Shown here piece by piece: positions 10,898 through 21,249 of a stretch of 64,000 nucleotides of DNA. The DNA comes from an uncultured Planctomycetaceae bacterium (GTDB lineage: Bacteria; Planctomycetota; Planctomycetia; Planctomycetales; Planctomycetaceae): assembly GCA_963813715.1 (NCBI GenBank), contig CAWFAK010000009.1:352001-416000 (forward strand). Reading direction: 5' to 3'. Numbering within the stretch: the stretch's first letter is position 1; each line of letters opens with the position of its first letter. The translations under genes were made by a program, and so were the position numbers. The notes beneath the pieces were generated by a model, which worked only from the letters and a program-made list of their open reading frames with translations, made no database searches and was not told the DNA's origin.

Positions 10898-12825
10898 GTG
10901 ACCGCGCCTCCCATCGAATTCCATCGTGCAATCGGACTCGGTCGCAGCCGGAGCCGAATTGCCCACGGGCGGTCGATTTCGCGGGTCGGCGTGGTGTGGC
11001 TGACGGCGTCTTTTGGTGTGTCCGTCCTGGCGATCGTGTTGCGGTCGCAAGTGGGTATAGCTGCCGACAAGCCGTCGCCGGCGGTCACCGCGTCACAGGA
11101 CACATCGCACGCTCCCGCGCGGCTGCGCTCTCCGATCGCACTCGCCCTGGCCGACCAGGGCAAGCTGCTGCTGGCCGCCAATCAGCGGAGCGGCACGGTT
11201 TCGATCGTCGACTTGTCGGCCCAGCGCGTCGTGGGCGAAAGCTCGATCGGCAAGCAACTGTCGGACTTGGTCTCGCTTCCCGGATTGGCTTCCGCCTCCG
11301 GGCACGTCGATCGATTTCTCTGCACTGACTCGGAGACACACGAGCTGTATCTGCTCGCTCGCCACGGCGACGACGTGACGATCGTCGACAGGCTCCGGGT
11401 CAGTTCGTATCCCGTGAGCGTGCGCCTCGACAAAACGGCCGGGCGCTGCTTCGTGGCCTCGCTCTGGTCGCGACGTTTGACCGCCGTCGATTTGGTCGCC
11501 GACGCGCAGGGAGGCGTCCGGCTCAAGCTCGGAACGGTGCTCCCGCTCCCCTTCCCTCCCCGGCTGCAGGCGCTCGCTCCGGACGGCCGCACGCTGATTG
11601 TGGCCGGCGCCTTCGGCGGCCAGTTGGCCGTCGTCGACCTCGCCAAGTTTGGGCTACGAATCGTCAAAACGGTTCCCGGTCAGAACATTCGCGGAATGGC
11701 TTGGAGCAGCGACGGTCGGCAGCTATTGCTCGCGCAGCAAACGCTGAATCGACTCGGCTACACGAGCCAGGAAGACCTGCACTGGGGGTCCGTCGTCTCG
11801 AATATCGTGCGGTCGCTCGAGAGATCGGCGATCGAGGATCCGCAAGCCGACATCCTGGCCGGGAGCCGCGCAATCGAGCTGGGCCAGGTCGGCAACGGCG
11901 CGGGTGACCCCGCCTCTCTGAGCGTCGCGGAGGATGGCAGCCTCTCGGTGGTGCTCTCAGGCGTCGGCGAGGTGGCGTCCGGTCAGGTTGACGCGGCCCG
12001 CTTCCGTCGCTTCAAAGTTGGCCTGCGCCGACCGCTTTAGTCGCGAGCGAGGACGGCACCAGGCTCTACGTCGCGGATACGTTCGGCGATTCGATTGCGC
12101 TCATCCCGCAGGGAAAGGCAGCAGCAGGCGCTGCCGATGCCGTCGCGCACGTCTCGCTGGGACCGCAACCAGTGCTGACGGCCGCCGAGCGCGGCGAGCG
12201 ACTGTTTTGCGACGCGCGGCTCTCCCTGGAGAGCTGGATGAGCTGCCAGAGTTGCCACGCCGACGGCCACTCCAGCGACGCACTGAGCGATACGCTGGGC
12301 GACGGCTCATTCGGTGCCGCCAAGCGGATTCCGCCTTTGGGCGGCGTCGGGGAGACGGGCCCCTGGGCCTGGAACGGCAGCATGGCGGACCTGGGCCAGC
12401 AGATTCGCAAATCGATGCAGACGACGCTCCGCGCGAAATCCATTCCCGACGAACAGGTTGCCGATCTCGCCGCGTACCTCAAGACGCTGAAACCGGCCCC
12501 GGCAATGGACGACTCTCCTGCCTCTCCAGCGAGCGTGGCCATCGAACGGGGCCGGGCCGTCTTCACTCAGCACAAATGCAATCGCTGCCACGTTCCGCCC
12601 ACGTTCACGTCGCCCCACGTCTACGACGTCGGTCTGCAGGACGAATTGGGCAACCGGCGCTTCAATCCGCCGTCGTTGCGCGGCGTGAGCCAGCGGGCCG
12701 CATTCTTTCACGATGGCCGGGCGACGTCGCTTGTCGACGTCTTCCGCGTGCATCATCACCCGTCGAACCTGCAGTTCGCCCAGGCGGAACTGACCGATCT
12801 GATCGCCTACCTGCAAACGATCTGA
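10898..12825 (+). CDS. YVTN/YncE beta-propeller fused to di-heme cytochrome c domain (frameshift near 12035)
   Basis: AANQRSGTVSIVD propeller blades; CQSCH and CNRCH heme motifs; PWAWNG, PSLRGV, FFHDG cytochrome c peroxidase-like motifs. Confidence 0.85.
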
Positions 12826-12826
12826 A

Positions 12827-14293
12827 TCAGCCAACCTCGACTGGGGCGGCCTCTTTCGGTCCGTTCAGCGAGTTCGAAATCGTCGACAGAACGACCGTTT
12901 CGAGTTGCTCGGCACTCGGCAGCGGCAGCGACAGTAATTGGAACGTTTCATAGGCCTTCACGGACGCCCGGTTGAGCGAGCGCAGGCACAACGAACTCTT
13001 CTCCGGACCGTATTCGGCCAACACGGTGTTGAGCGCGTGGCGACGGCTCGGATGCGGCAGCTCGATCATGTCGGCCAGGCTCTCCGCGATCGTCATCGCC
13101 CGCAAGAGCCCCGTGTCGATGCCGAGACGGGTCGCGTTCTCCTGCGACTTGAGATGATGCAGCACGCCTGGAATGAAGGAGGCGGGCATCCCCCACCGCT
13201 CCATCATGGCCGCGGAGACTTCCGCGTGCGTGCAGCCGAAGTCGGCCTGTTCGAGCGCCGGGAGCCGCAGCTGGCCGATCGTTCTCCAGCGTCGGAGCAC
13301 GGCCTGATATTGCTTGGGGAAGCCACGCAAGAGGCCCAAAATTCCGACGTCCTGCAGAATGCCCAGCAAGAAGGCCGCTTCGTCAGACCGGTTTTCCATT
13401 TCCTGGCCGAAGGTCGCCGTCGTGCAGGCGATGAACATGCCGCGGCGGGCGTGCCAGGCCTGCAGCTCGCTGGGCAGTCCTTTGGACAAGGAGCCCAGGC
13501 CCGACGTTACGGCCGCGTTGAGCACGTGTCCGATCGTCGGCCGCACACCCAGCACCCGCACGGCATCGGCCACATTGGAGATCGAGCGGGAGACGCCGTT
13601 CATCGAGGCGTTCGACGCCTTGAACAGGATGGCCGTCGCCCGGGGATCGATCGAAATCATCCGGACCAAATCGTTGACCGGGACCTGCTCCGGCGGCATC
13701 TCGAGAAACTGCAGAAGTTGCATCGTCAGCTGCGAGAGCACTGGCAGGTCGCTTTGCCGTTCGACGATGGCCCGCGCCCGCTCCGGAATCCCGTTCCCCT
13801 CTTCCGCCTGACGATCGAGGATCGTCCGGCTCAGCTTCACGATCGTGGCCTCGTCGCTGTTGGCATCGATGACGGTCACGGCGCCAGCCGATTTGGCGTC
13901 GATCGGCCCGGACTCCTCGTTTCGATGCAGCAGAATCGCCGGGACGCGCACCATCGAAGCCCGCAGCTTTTTGATCACTTCCAAGCCGCTGAAGAAGCCG
14001 TCGAGCTCGTTGTCGAGCACCAAGAGATGCAGTTCCGTTCCACCGAGCAGACCGCGAAGAGCCTCGGCGCTCACCAGCGTCATGGCCTCGATGCCGGCCT
14101 CCTTAAAGGAGCCGGCAAGCGCGGCAGCCTGCGAGACGTCGCGGCGAAAGATCGCCACGATCCGTTTTTCGCCGTCGCGGGGCTGGGCGCCGACGTCGCG
14201 GGCGGCAACATCGTGATTGGCCGTCGACGCTTCGGCGCGGCCGACCACGACGCTCGTCGATTCAGTCAGTTGTCCACTCATGTCAAAGTCCAA
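12827..14293 (-). CDS. Receiver-like + HDOD domain signalling protein
   Basis: N-terminal LLVLD...SGLEVIKKL; HDOD motifs LPVL, ISNVADAVRVLG, AFLLGILQDVG, GCTHAEVSAAMMERWGMP. Confidence 0.85.
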   Translation of the reverse strand: MDFDMSGQLTESTSVVVGRAEASTANHDVAARDVGAQPRDGEKRIVAIFRRDVSQAAALAGSFKEAGIEAMTLVSAEALRGLLGGTELHLLVLDNELDGFFSGLEVIKKLRASMVRVPAILLHRNEESGPIDAKSAGAVTVIDANSDEATIVKLSRTILDRQAEEGNGIPERARAIVERQSDLPVLSQLTMQLLQFLEMPPEQVPVNDLVRMISIDPRATAILFKASNASMNGVSRSISNVADAVRVLGVRPTIGHVLNAAVTSGLGSLSKGLPSELQAWHARRGMFIACTTATFGQEMENRSDEAAFLLGILQDVGILGLLRGFPKQYQAVLRRWRTIGQLRLPALEQADFGCTHAEVSAAMMERWGMPASFIPGVLHHLKSQENATRLGIDTGLLRAMTIAESLADMIELPHPSRRHALNTVLAEYGPEKSSLCLRSLNRASVKAYETFQLLSLPLPSAEQLETVVLSTISNSLNGPKEAAPVEVG

Positions 14294-14647
14294 ACGTGAA
14301 CTGAGGGTTGCCGCACGGCGAGAGGTTTACGCTGAGATCTCACCGCGCAGCGGCGGCCCCGGGGGCAACCGCCACGAAACGCTAGTGCAATGCCGGCAAG
14401 TGTCAACTTTGTGACCGCGATTTAGTCCCTAGTTTCGTGCCAGTTCGCCAAGGTTTCTGCTTAGTCTCGACGGACCGCGAGGTGACAGGCGTGCGGTGCG
14501 GACGGCCTGGGCGGGTTGTGCCGGCCCTGCGCTTTGCCATGCGCACGTGCTCCGTGCCGGGAGTGCTAGCATCACCGGAGAGCGCAGCATCACGGGAGGA
14601 TCAAATCGAGGAACCGGCGGCCGAGCACTGAGGGTGCAGCGGGAGGG

Positions 14648-15142
14648 CTACTTCTTCGCGGCGGGAGGGGCGCCGTTGGCAGCTGGGGGAGCGCCCTTTG
14701 CGGGCGCTTCTGGAACGCTCACAATCCGCACCGTGTGGTTTTCGACGTCGTACGCGTACTGCCAACCGGGCGGAAGGACGGCCAGCTTCACGTCGTAGGC
14801 CTTGACGACCTTCGTCATGAATTCATCGTAGTCCTTGGGGTAGTGCCCCTCGGCCGCGTTGTACAAATCGAGCGTGTGTTGCAGGTTCAGGAGATCGATT
14901 TTGGTGATCGTCGGCTTGAGCATTTGCACCGGACCCAAGAGGGGATCGTCGGCGTGGGCACGATTCTCGGTGATCTCCTGCTTGGCCTTCGGATCGAACT
15001 GCTTGATGTCGTTCGTTTTCTTGTTGATGTTGATGTTGGGGTCTCTCTTGGCCTGCTCGGAAAGTGATTGCATGCACCCCGCCGCCAGGGCGAGCGCCAG
15101 GCTGCCGATTCCGACCAGGCTGACAAATCCGCGGGTTTTCAT
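14648..15142 (-). CDS. Hypothetical lipoprotein
   Basis: MKTRG..LALAAGC lipobox; RBS GGAGGA; LDLYNAAEGHYPKDYDEF motif. Confidence 0.75.
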   Translation of the reverse strand: MKTRGFVSLVGIGSLALALAAGCMQSLSEQAKRDPNININKKTNDIKQFDPKAKQEITENRAHADDPLLGPVQMLKPTITKIDLLNLQHTLDLYNAAEGHYPKDYDEFMTKVVKAYDVKLAVLPPGWQYAYDVENHTVRIVSVPEAPAKGAPPAANGAPPAAKK

Positions 15143-15367
15143 CGCGCGATCCTCCGGAGACCCGTTTCTCATGCTGCGTGCGTTTTGAGTCTATCCCTAC
15201 GAAATGGCCGCGGCAATGGGCGGCGGGGCCCGGCGCTCTGGTTAAATTCTGCGCGTCCGGCGTGGATCAATCCGCGAGCCGGCGATACGCTCGTGGTTGA
15301 CCGCCGCGACTCGTGGGATGCAAGTCGCAACGTGAAACTGAACCTCTTATCGGAAAAAACCGCAGCA

Positions 15368-16141
15368 ATGAAGCTTGAACACAAGGTGGCCTTGATCACG
15401 GGCGCGGCCGGGGGAATCGGCCGGGAAGCCTGCCTGCTCTTCAGCCGCGAGGGGGCGACGATCGTGGCCGTCGATCTCAACGAGACGGGCGGCGAAGAGA
15501 CGGTTGCGCTGGTCCAAAAACAGGGCGGTCGGGGGCACTTCATCCCGGCCGACGTATCGAAGAGCGCCGATTGCGAAGGGATGATCGCCGCCGCCGAGAA
15601 GGCATACGGCCGATTGGACATCCTGTTCAACAATGCGGGCGTGATGCTCGACGGGGACGACGACGCCGTCCACACCAGCGAAGCCATCTGGGAGAAAACG
15701 CTGGCGATCAACCTCAAAGGCGTCTTTCTCGGCTGCAAGTTCGGGATACCCGCGCTCAGGCGGGCGGGCGGCGGGTCGATCATCAATACGGCCTCGTTCG
15801 TGGCGCTGATGGGGGCCGCCACGCCGCAAATCGCCTACACGGCCAGCAAAGGCGGCGTGCTGGCACTGAGCCGGGAACTGGCCATCATCCACGCGCGGGA
15901 GAAGATCCGCGTCAACGCCCTCTGCCCGGGCCCGCTCCGCACGGAGCTGTTGATGAACTTCCTCAACACACCGGAGAAAAAACAGCGCCGCCTGGTGCAC
16001 ATTCCCATGGGTCGCTTCGGCGAAGCGTCGGAGATGGCCAAGGCCGCACTGTTCTTGGCGTCCGACGACTCTTCGTTCCTGACCGGTGCCGACTTCGTCG
16101 TCGACGGCGGCATCACGGCAGCGTACGTCACTCCCGAATAA
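15368..16141 (+). CDS. Classical SDR oxidoreductase
   Basis: TGAAGGIG, NNAG, YTASK, RVNALCPG. Confidence 0.93.
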   Translation: MKLEHKVALITGAAGGIGREACLLFSREGATIVAVDLNETGGEETVALVQKQGGRGHFIPADVSKSADCEGMIAAAEKAYGRLDILFNNAGVMLDGDDDAVHTSEAIWEKTLAINLKGVFLGCKFGIPALRRAGGGSIINTASFVALMGAATPQIAYTASKGGVLALSRELAIIHAREKIRVNALCPGPLRTELLMNFLNTPEKKQRRLVHIPMGRFGEASEMAKAALFLASDDSSFLTGADFVVDGGITAAYVTPE

Positions 16142-16146
16142 GATGT

Positions 16147-16234
16147 AGTCCAAAGTCCAATGTCCAAGGTCCAAAGTTAAGAGTGACGTCACGACGTCGG
16201 CCGACCTTGGACTTTGGACCTTGGACTTTGGACT
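16147..16234. repeat. Inverted array of 7-bp repeats ((NGTCCAA)x4 ... (TTGGACY)x4), REP-like
   Basis: agtccaa agtccaa tgtccaa ggtccaa / ttggact ttggacc ttggact ttggact around a 26-nt spacer. Confidence 0.8.
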
Positions 16235-16240
16235 GTTTCA

Positions 16241-17497
16241 ATGCCTGTCTACCTGATCGGCACGCTCGACACCAAGGGGCAAGAAGTCGCGTTCGTGCGC
16301 GACGAGCTGCGGGCGTTGGGCCTCGACGTCGCGGTCGTCGACGCGAGTTGCCTCAATGAGCCGACAATCGCCGCGGACGTGACCCGCGAGGCCGTCTTCG
16401 AGGCGGCCGGCACGACGTTGGCGGCAGCAAGAGCGGCAAACGATCGTGGGCAGGCGGTAACGACCGCGGCGCGGGGCGTCGCCGCGCTGATCGCACGACT
16501 TCATACGGAGGGAGCAGTCGACGGCGTGATCGGCCTCGGCGGGTCGGCTGGTACGACGATTGCCACGGCCGGCATGCGCGTGCTGCCCATCGGCGTGCCG
16601 AAAGTCATGGCGAGCACCCTGGCCTCGGGGAATGTGCGGCACTACGTCGGCGACAAAGACATCCTGATGCTCAACACGATCGTCGACGTGTCGGGCATTA
16701 ATCGAATCAGCCGCATCGTACTCGGGGAAGCAGCCCGCGCGATCGCAGGGCTGGTGACGCTGCGCCAAAAGCAGGACACATCGGCCGACAAGCCGGTGAT
16801 TGCCGCCACGATGTTCGGCGTGACAACCCCGTGTGTCGAGCGGGCCCGCCGTGTGCTTGAAGACGCGGGTTACGAAGTGCTCGTCTTCCATGCCACCGGC
16901 ACTGGCGGCCAGGCAATGGAATCGCTGATCGCCGACGGCCTGATCGCCGGCGTGCTCGACATCACCACGACCGAGCTGGCCGACGAGTTGGTTGGCGGCG
17001 TGCTCACCGCGGGGCCGGACCGACTGACCGCCGCCGGCCGCAAGGGGATCCCGCAAGTGATTTCGGTCGGCGCGATCGACATGGTGAATTTCGGCCCGCC
17101 GGAAACCATTCCGCCCAAATTCGCCGATCGCAAGTTCTATCGCCACAATCCGAACGTAACGCTGATGCGGACAACCGTCGACGAAAATCAAAAACTCGGC
17201 GAAGAAATCGCCCGCAAGGCGGCCGCAGCGACGGGCCCCACTGCGATTCTGTTTCCGCTACGCGGCGTCTCGGCCATCGACCGCGACGGGCAGCCGTTTG
17301 ACGACCCGGCTGCCCGCGCGGCCCTGCTGGCAGCGATTCGGGACCGCCACGGGGCGGTCGAGCTAATCGAACTCGATCATCACCTCAACGACCCGGAATT
17401 CGCCGAAACCGCAGCTTACAAACTGATCGAGTTGATCAACGAGCCAGGGCGCCGAGCGAGTTCGCCCGCCGTGTCATCGATGCGAGCTCGCCAATAA
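16241..17497 (+). CDS. Tm-1-like ATP-binding domain protein (UPF0261)
   Basis: IGTLDTKG, GLGGSAGT, LPIGVPKVM, TMFGVTTPCV, FHATGTGG, DMVNFG, HNPNVTLMRT. Confidence 0.92.
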   Translation: MPVYLIGTLDTKGQEVAFVRDELRALGLDVAVVDASCLNEPTIAADVTREAVFEAAGTTLAAARAANDRGQAVTTAARGVAALIARLHTEGAVDGVIGLGGSAGTTIATAGMRVLPIGVPKVMASTLASGNVRHYVGDKDILMLNTIVDVSGINRISRIVLGEAARAIAGLVTLRQKQDTSADKPVIAATMFGVTTPCVERARRVLEDAGYEVLVFHATGTGGQAMESLIADGLIAGVLDITTTELADELVGGVLTAGPDRLTAAGRKGIPQVISVGAIDMVNFGPPETIPPKFADRKFYRHNPNVTLMRTTVDENQKLGEEIARKAAAATGPTAILFPLRGVSAIDRDGQPFDDPAARAALLAAIRDRHGAVELIELDHHLNDPEFAETAAYKLIELINEPGRRASSPAVSSMRARQ

Positions 17498-18230
17498 GAT
17501 TGCCACAAAGTCTTGGAGACAATGCCAAACGATGGGGATGACGAGGCTGCGCATTTGAAGATAAATCACGGCGAAAACGAGACCCAGACAGCCGATCGAA
17601 AGGGCGCTTGCGGTGCCCTGGTAAACGTGCCCAAGTCCGAACAGCGCCGACGACAGGACGACCGCCCAGAAACGGCCTGTCAACGCAGTGAATCTCAGTA
17701 ATAGATACCCGCGAAAAATGATCTCTTCCGCAGTTCCATTGGTGACAGCGAGATAGCCAAGCAAAGGCAGTTCGGTCGGACTCTGTATCACGAAGTACGA
17801 TGGCGCGTGAGCGGCGCCGATAGACCCAGCCGCAGCCAGAGCATTTGCGCGAACGAGACGCCATACAAGATCAAGGGAAACGTCAAGGTTGCGAAGACGA
17901 TAGACCGGGGTCCTTTTTTGAAGGTCCAGCCGATTTGCGCGGGGATTCGCCGTTTCGCGACAAAAAAAAGAAAATGAGCGCGACGAACCCAATGTCGCGG
18001 ACAACGACACTGATCGCAGCTGTCTCAAACGTCATATGGGTCGTCTCACGGACGAGCGAGGCAACCACGACCTGGGGCGCCAACAAGAGCAAGAAAACCC
18101 CCAATTCGATGCCCTGCGAACGTTTGCTGAGCATCAGAGATGGGCGATCGGCCTCGGCGTGGGGCGCGTCGGAATTTGGTTCGCCCGCGGGTGGCGACTG
18201 CGGCTGTGAGTCTCCGTATTCAATGGCCAT
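17474..18230 (-). CDS. CPBP (CAAX/Abi) intramembrane metalloprotease (frameshift near 17915)
   Basis: AEEIIFRGYL, FGLGHVYQG, IVWHCLQD motifs; multiple TM segments. Confidence 0.85.
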
Positions 18231-18284
18231 GAGTAAACTTGTCGCTCCGGGATCAAGACTGCTCACAATATTGAAGGCCGATAA

Positions 18285-18600
18285 ATGCCTCCTCGTCAAG
18301 GAGTTCTCGAGCGTCTGCGGGCCAAAGTCGCCGCGGGCGAGCCGATCATTGGCGGCAGAGCGGGCGACGGGGCTCAGCGCGACACTCGGGTCCCATGCCC
18401 ATCCCGTTTCCGCGCGGCGGCGTCTCAGCCATCGACCGCGAGGATCAGCCATTTGGCGACCCCGAGGCACGGGCGGCGTTGTTGGACGCTCTGCGACGCA
18501 ACCAAGCGGGCGTGCCGCTGATCGCGCTCGACTACCACATCAACGACTGTGAGTTCGCGGAAGTGGCCGCGCACAGGTTGTTCGAGCTTCTCCGTCAGGC
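18285..18600 (+). pseudogene. Chimeric relic: TIM-barrel gene 5' end joined to Tm-1-like gene 3' end
   Basis: [17 protein letters not shown] matches the 20322 N-terminus; FPRGGVSAIDREDQPFGDPEARAALL..DYHINDCEFAE matches the 16241 C-terminus. Confidence 0.75.
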
Positions 18601-20154
18601 TTCGACGCCCAGCAGCTTGCAGGCGTCGACGTAGCCTGCCGCCCGGAAACCGCTTTTGTCGTCGCGGTTGTAGCCGTAAGCGCTTGCCGTGACGCGGGCC
18701 AGTCCGACGACTTCCCGCCAGCGGTATTTCGGGCGGATCGTGCGATACTCCTCGCGGACGGTGTGGAAATACTTCTCGCCATGCAAGCGGCCGTCCTCGC
18801 TGACGGCGTACTTCAGCATCAGATCGAAGACCGGCTCGACTGCGTAGCCCTGTTCGCCGTAAATCTCGATCGCGGCGGCGGAACGTCCCTGGTTGTTGGC
18901 GCGGATGGCGTCTTCCGCCTCCGCCAGCAATCGACTGGCGTCGCGCGTCTTGATCTGCGCGCGGTGCTCGTCCGTCGGATAGGCGGGCGTCTGGAACGGC
19001 GGCGACTGGATGCCCGCATGATAAGCCGCGACGATCAAGCCGGCCGCGGTGAACTTCGGGTCGGCCACGCGGACCATGTTACGCCAGGCATTCGTCGCGT
19101 CGGACGAGTGCACGCCCGCGGCGTCACCGTGTGTTCTCCACTTGTCCGGCCCCTGTCGCAGCACGTAAAGATTCGACGCGAGAGAGATCGCCTCCCCGAT
19201 GCACTCCGGATCGATGCCGTCGGCGAGCGCCGCGGCCACGGCGTCGGCGGCACGCTCGCGCGGACCGAAGTAAACGGTCCGGCTGAGTTCGTCGACCGCG
19301 GCGTCACCCGGATCGCGTTTGCCCAGCGCCTTGCCCGCCAGCTTGTATTGGTCGAGCAGCTTCGGCAGGACCTTGCGAATGGGCGATTCGGCTTGCTTGT
19401 GCTGAACCCGCTGTCGCTCGTGATCGGCGCAAAGCCGGACGCACTGTCGCAGCAGCGAGTACGAATACTGCGAACCCAGCAGGTTCACCAAGCCGTAGGT
19501 TCGATGCGCAAATACGAATCGGTGGACATTGAGATCGTCCTGAATCGCAGGCTGGAGTGCGTTGAACATTTCGAGGGGCGACTGGCCCACGGCCGCCAAC
19601 ACTTCCTCGCCCTTCTTCGGATCGACGCGGCGACAGGCATCGCGAATCTGCACGCCGGCGTCTCCGACCGCCACGTGCTCCGCGTGCTCGGCCGCGTGGA
19701 GTGCGTGCAATTCGGTTTTGGACGCGCCTCCCACCGACTGAATTTGCTGAGCGTTGCGGTAAATGACCTTCAACACGGGCAACGCTTGTCGATTTCCGGC
19801 GAGCAGTCCGCTCATCCCCAGCGCGGGCAACATGGCCATCGCCGTATGAAAGCCGACGTAGTCGCAGCCGCCGAACGTCACGGCGTTTGCCAACGCGGCG
19901 GCGGACGTGAGTTGCTTCAGATCGGTATCACCCTTGAGGATTCTCGTCGCCAGCAGCGGCTGGAGTTTTGCCGCCGGGGTGCTCCTCATCAGCTCGACCA
20001 GCGCCTCGTGGTCGCCGAGCGGGATCGCATCGGATCCAGCCGCGGCAAACGCGGTCGAAAACCCAAGGTCATTGGCGAGCGAGGCACCCAGGCCGGCAGC
20101 TAGCATGCCACGGCCGACATCCGATAGAAACTCGCGACGATTGGCAGGAGACAT
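18595..20154 (-). CDS. Conserved hypothetical protein with twin-arginine-like leader
   Basis: MSPANRREFLSDVGRGM; long ORF with several His-containing motifs. Confidence 0.75.
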   Translation of the reverse strand: MSPANRREFLSDVGRGMLAAGLGASLANDLGFSTAFAAAGSDAIPLGDHEALVELMRSTPAAKLQPLLATRILKGDTDLKQLTSAAALANAVTFGGCDYVGFHTAMAMLPALGMSGLLAGNRQALPVLKVIYRNAQQIQSVGGASKTELHALHAAEHAEHVAVGDAGVQIRDACRRVDPKKGEEVLAAVGQSPLEMFNALQPAIQDDLNVHRFVFAHRTYGLVNLLGSQYSYSLLRQCVRLCADHERQRVQHKQAESPIRKVLPKLLDQYKLAGKALGKRDPGDAAVDELSRTVYFGPRERAADAVAAALADGIDPECIGEAISLASNLYVLRQGPDKWRTHGDAAGVHSSDATNAWRNMVRVADPKFTAAGLIVAAYHAGIQSPPFQTPAYPTDEHRAQIKTRDASRLLAEAEDAIRANNQGRSAAAIEIYGEQGYAVEPVFDLMLKYAVSEDGRLHGEKYFHTVREEYRTIRPKYRWREVVGLARVTASAYGYNRDDKSGFRAAGYVDACKLLGVEA

Positions 20155-20321
20155 GCGCGTGCTCCGTTCAACGGACTGACGAGAGAGAGTGGCAGGCAAC
20201 TCAAACGGCGGCTTCAGTATACCCTCCGAAGGTGCAATGAGAATCCGCTGCCGAGCGATTAAAATGTGCCGACGCCAGTCAAAAGCGAAATCAATCGACC
20301 GTTCGTCGCCGAGATCACTTC

Positions 20322-21152
20322 ATGTTCAGTCGCAAATCAATCCTCGATCGACTGCGGGCGAAGGTTGCTGCGGGCCAGCCGATCATCGGCGGCGGCGCAG
20401 GCACGGGGCTCAGCGCGAAGCTCGAAGAGGCCGGCGGGATCGATCTGATTGTGATCTACAACTCGGGCCGCTTTCGCATGGGCGGACGCGGGTCGCTCGC
20501 CGGGATGATGCCCTACGGCGACGCCAACGCCATCGTGATGGACATGGCTCGCGAGGTGCTGCCGGTCGTCGCGAAGACCCCGGTGCTGGCGGGCGTTTGC
20601 GGCACCGATCCGTTCCGGGTGATGCGGCTGTTTCTCGAAGACGTGCGGCGGGCCGGTTTCTCGGGCGTACAGAACTTTCCGACGGTCGGCCTGATCGACG
20701 GCGTCTTTCGCCAGAATCTGGAAGAGACCGAGATGGGCTTCGGTAAGGAGGTGGACATGATCCGCCTCGCGGACGAACTCGATCTGCTCACCACGCCCTA
20801 CGCATTCAACGACGACGAGGCGCGGGCGATGGCCGAGGCGGGCTGCGACATTTTGATTCCCCACATGGGGCTGACGACCAAAGGATCGATCGGGGCGAAG
20901 ACCGCCCTCACGCTGGAAGAATCGGCCAAACGCGTGCAGGCAATGCACGACGCGGCCAAACGCGTGAATCGCGACGTGTTGGTCCTCTGCCACGGCGGAC
21001 CAATCGCCGAACCGGCCGACGCGCAATACATCCTCGACCACACCGAGGGGATCGTCGGCTTCTACGGCGCCAGCAGCATGGAACGGCTGCCCGTCGAACC
21101 TGCCATTACGAACCGCATCCGGGAGTTCGGGCAAATCCGCTTCCGCAGTTGA
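20322..21152 (+). CDS. Phosphoenolpyruvate hydrolase-like TIM-barrel protein (usual partner of Tm-1-like)
   Basis: [56 protein letters not shown]. Confidence 0.92.
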   Translation: MFSRKSILDRLRAKVAAGQPIIGGGAGTGLSAKLEEAGGIDLIVIYNSGRFRMGGRGSLAGMMPYGDANAIVMDMAREVLPVVAKTPVLAGVCGTDPFRVMRLFLEDVRRAGFSGVQNFPTVGLIDGVFRQNLEETEMGFGKEVDMIRLADELDLLTTPYAFNDDEARAMAEAGCDILIPHMGLTTKGSIGAKTALTLEESAKRVQAMHDAAKRVNRDVLVLCHGGPIAEPADAQYILDHTEGIVGFYGASSMERLPVEPAITNRIREFGQIRFRS

Positions 21153-21249
21153 TGCAACGGTCTCAGATTCGCAGTTGAATGCCGTTGACGTTGCTGCCGC
21201 AGGCACAGGGTGGCCCTGCCACCCGCAGGCACGAGGTGGCCCCGCCACC

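Noticed and set aside
16147..16234. CRISPR array
   Set aside because: 7-bp units with no unique spacers and no cas genes.
18277..18284. GCCGATAA sigma28 -10 box
   Set aside because: No TAAA at 15-16 bp spacing, and it abuts a relic ORF.
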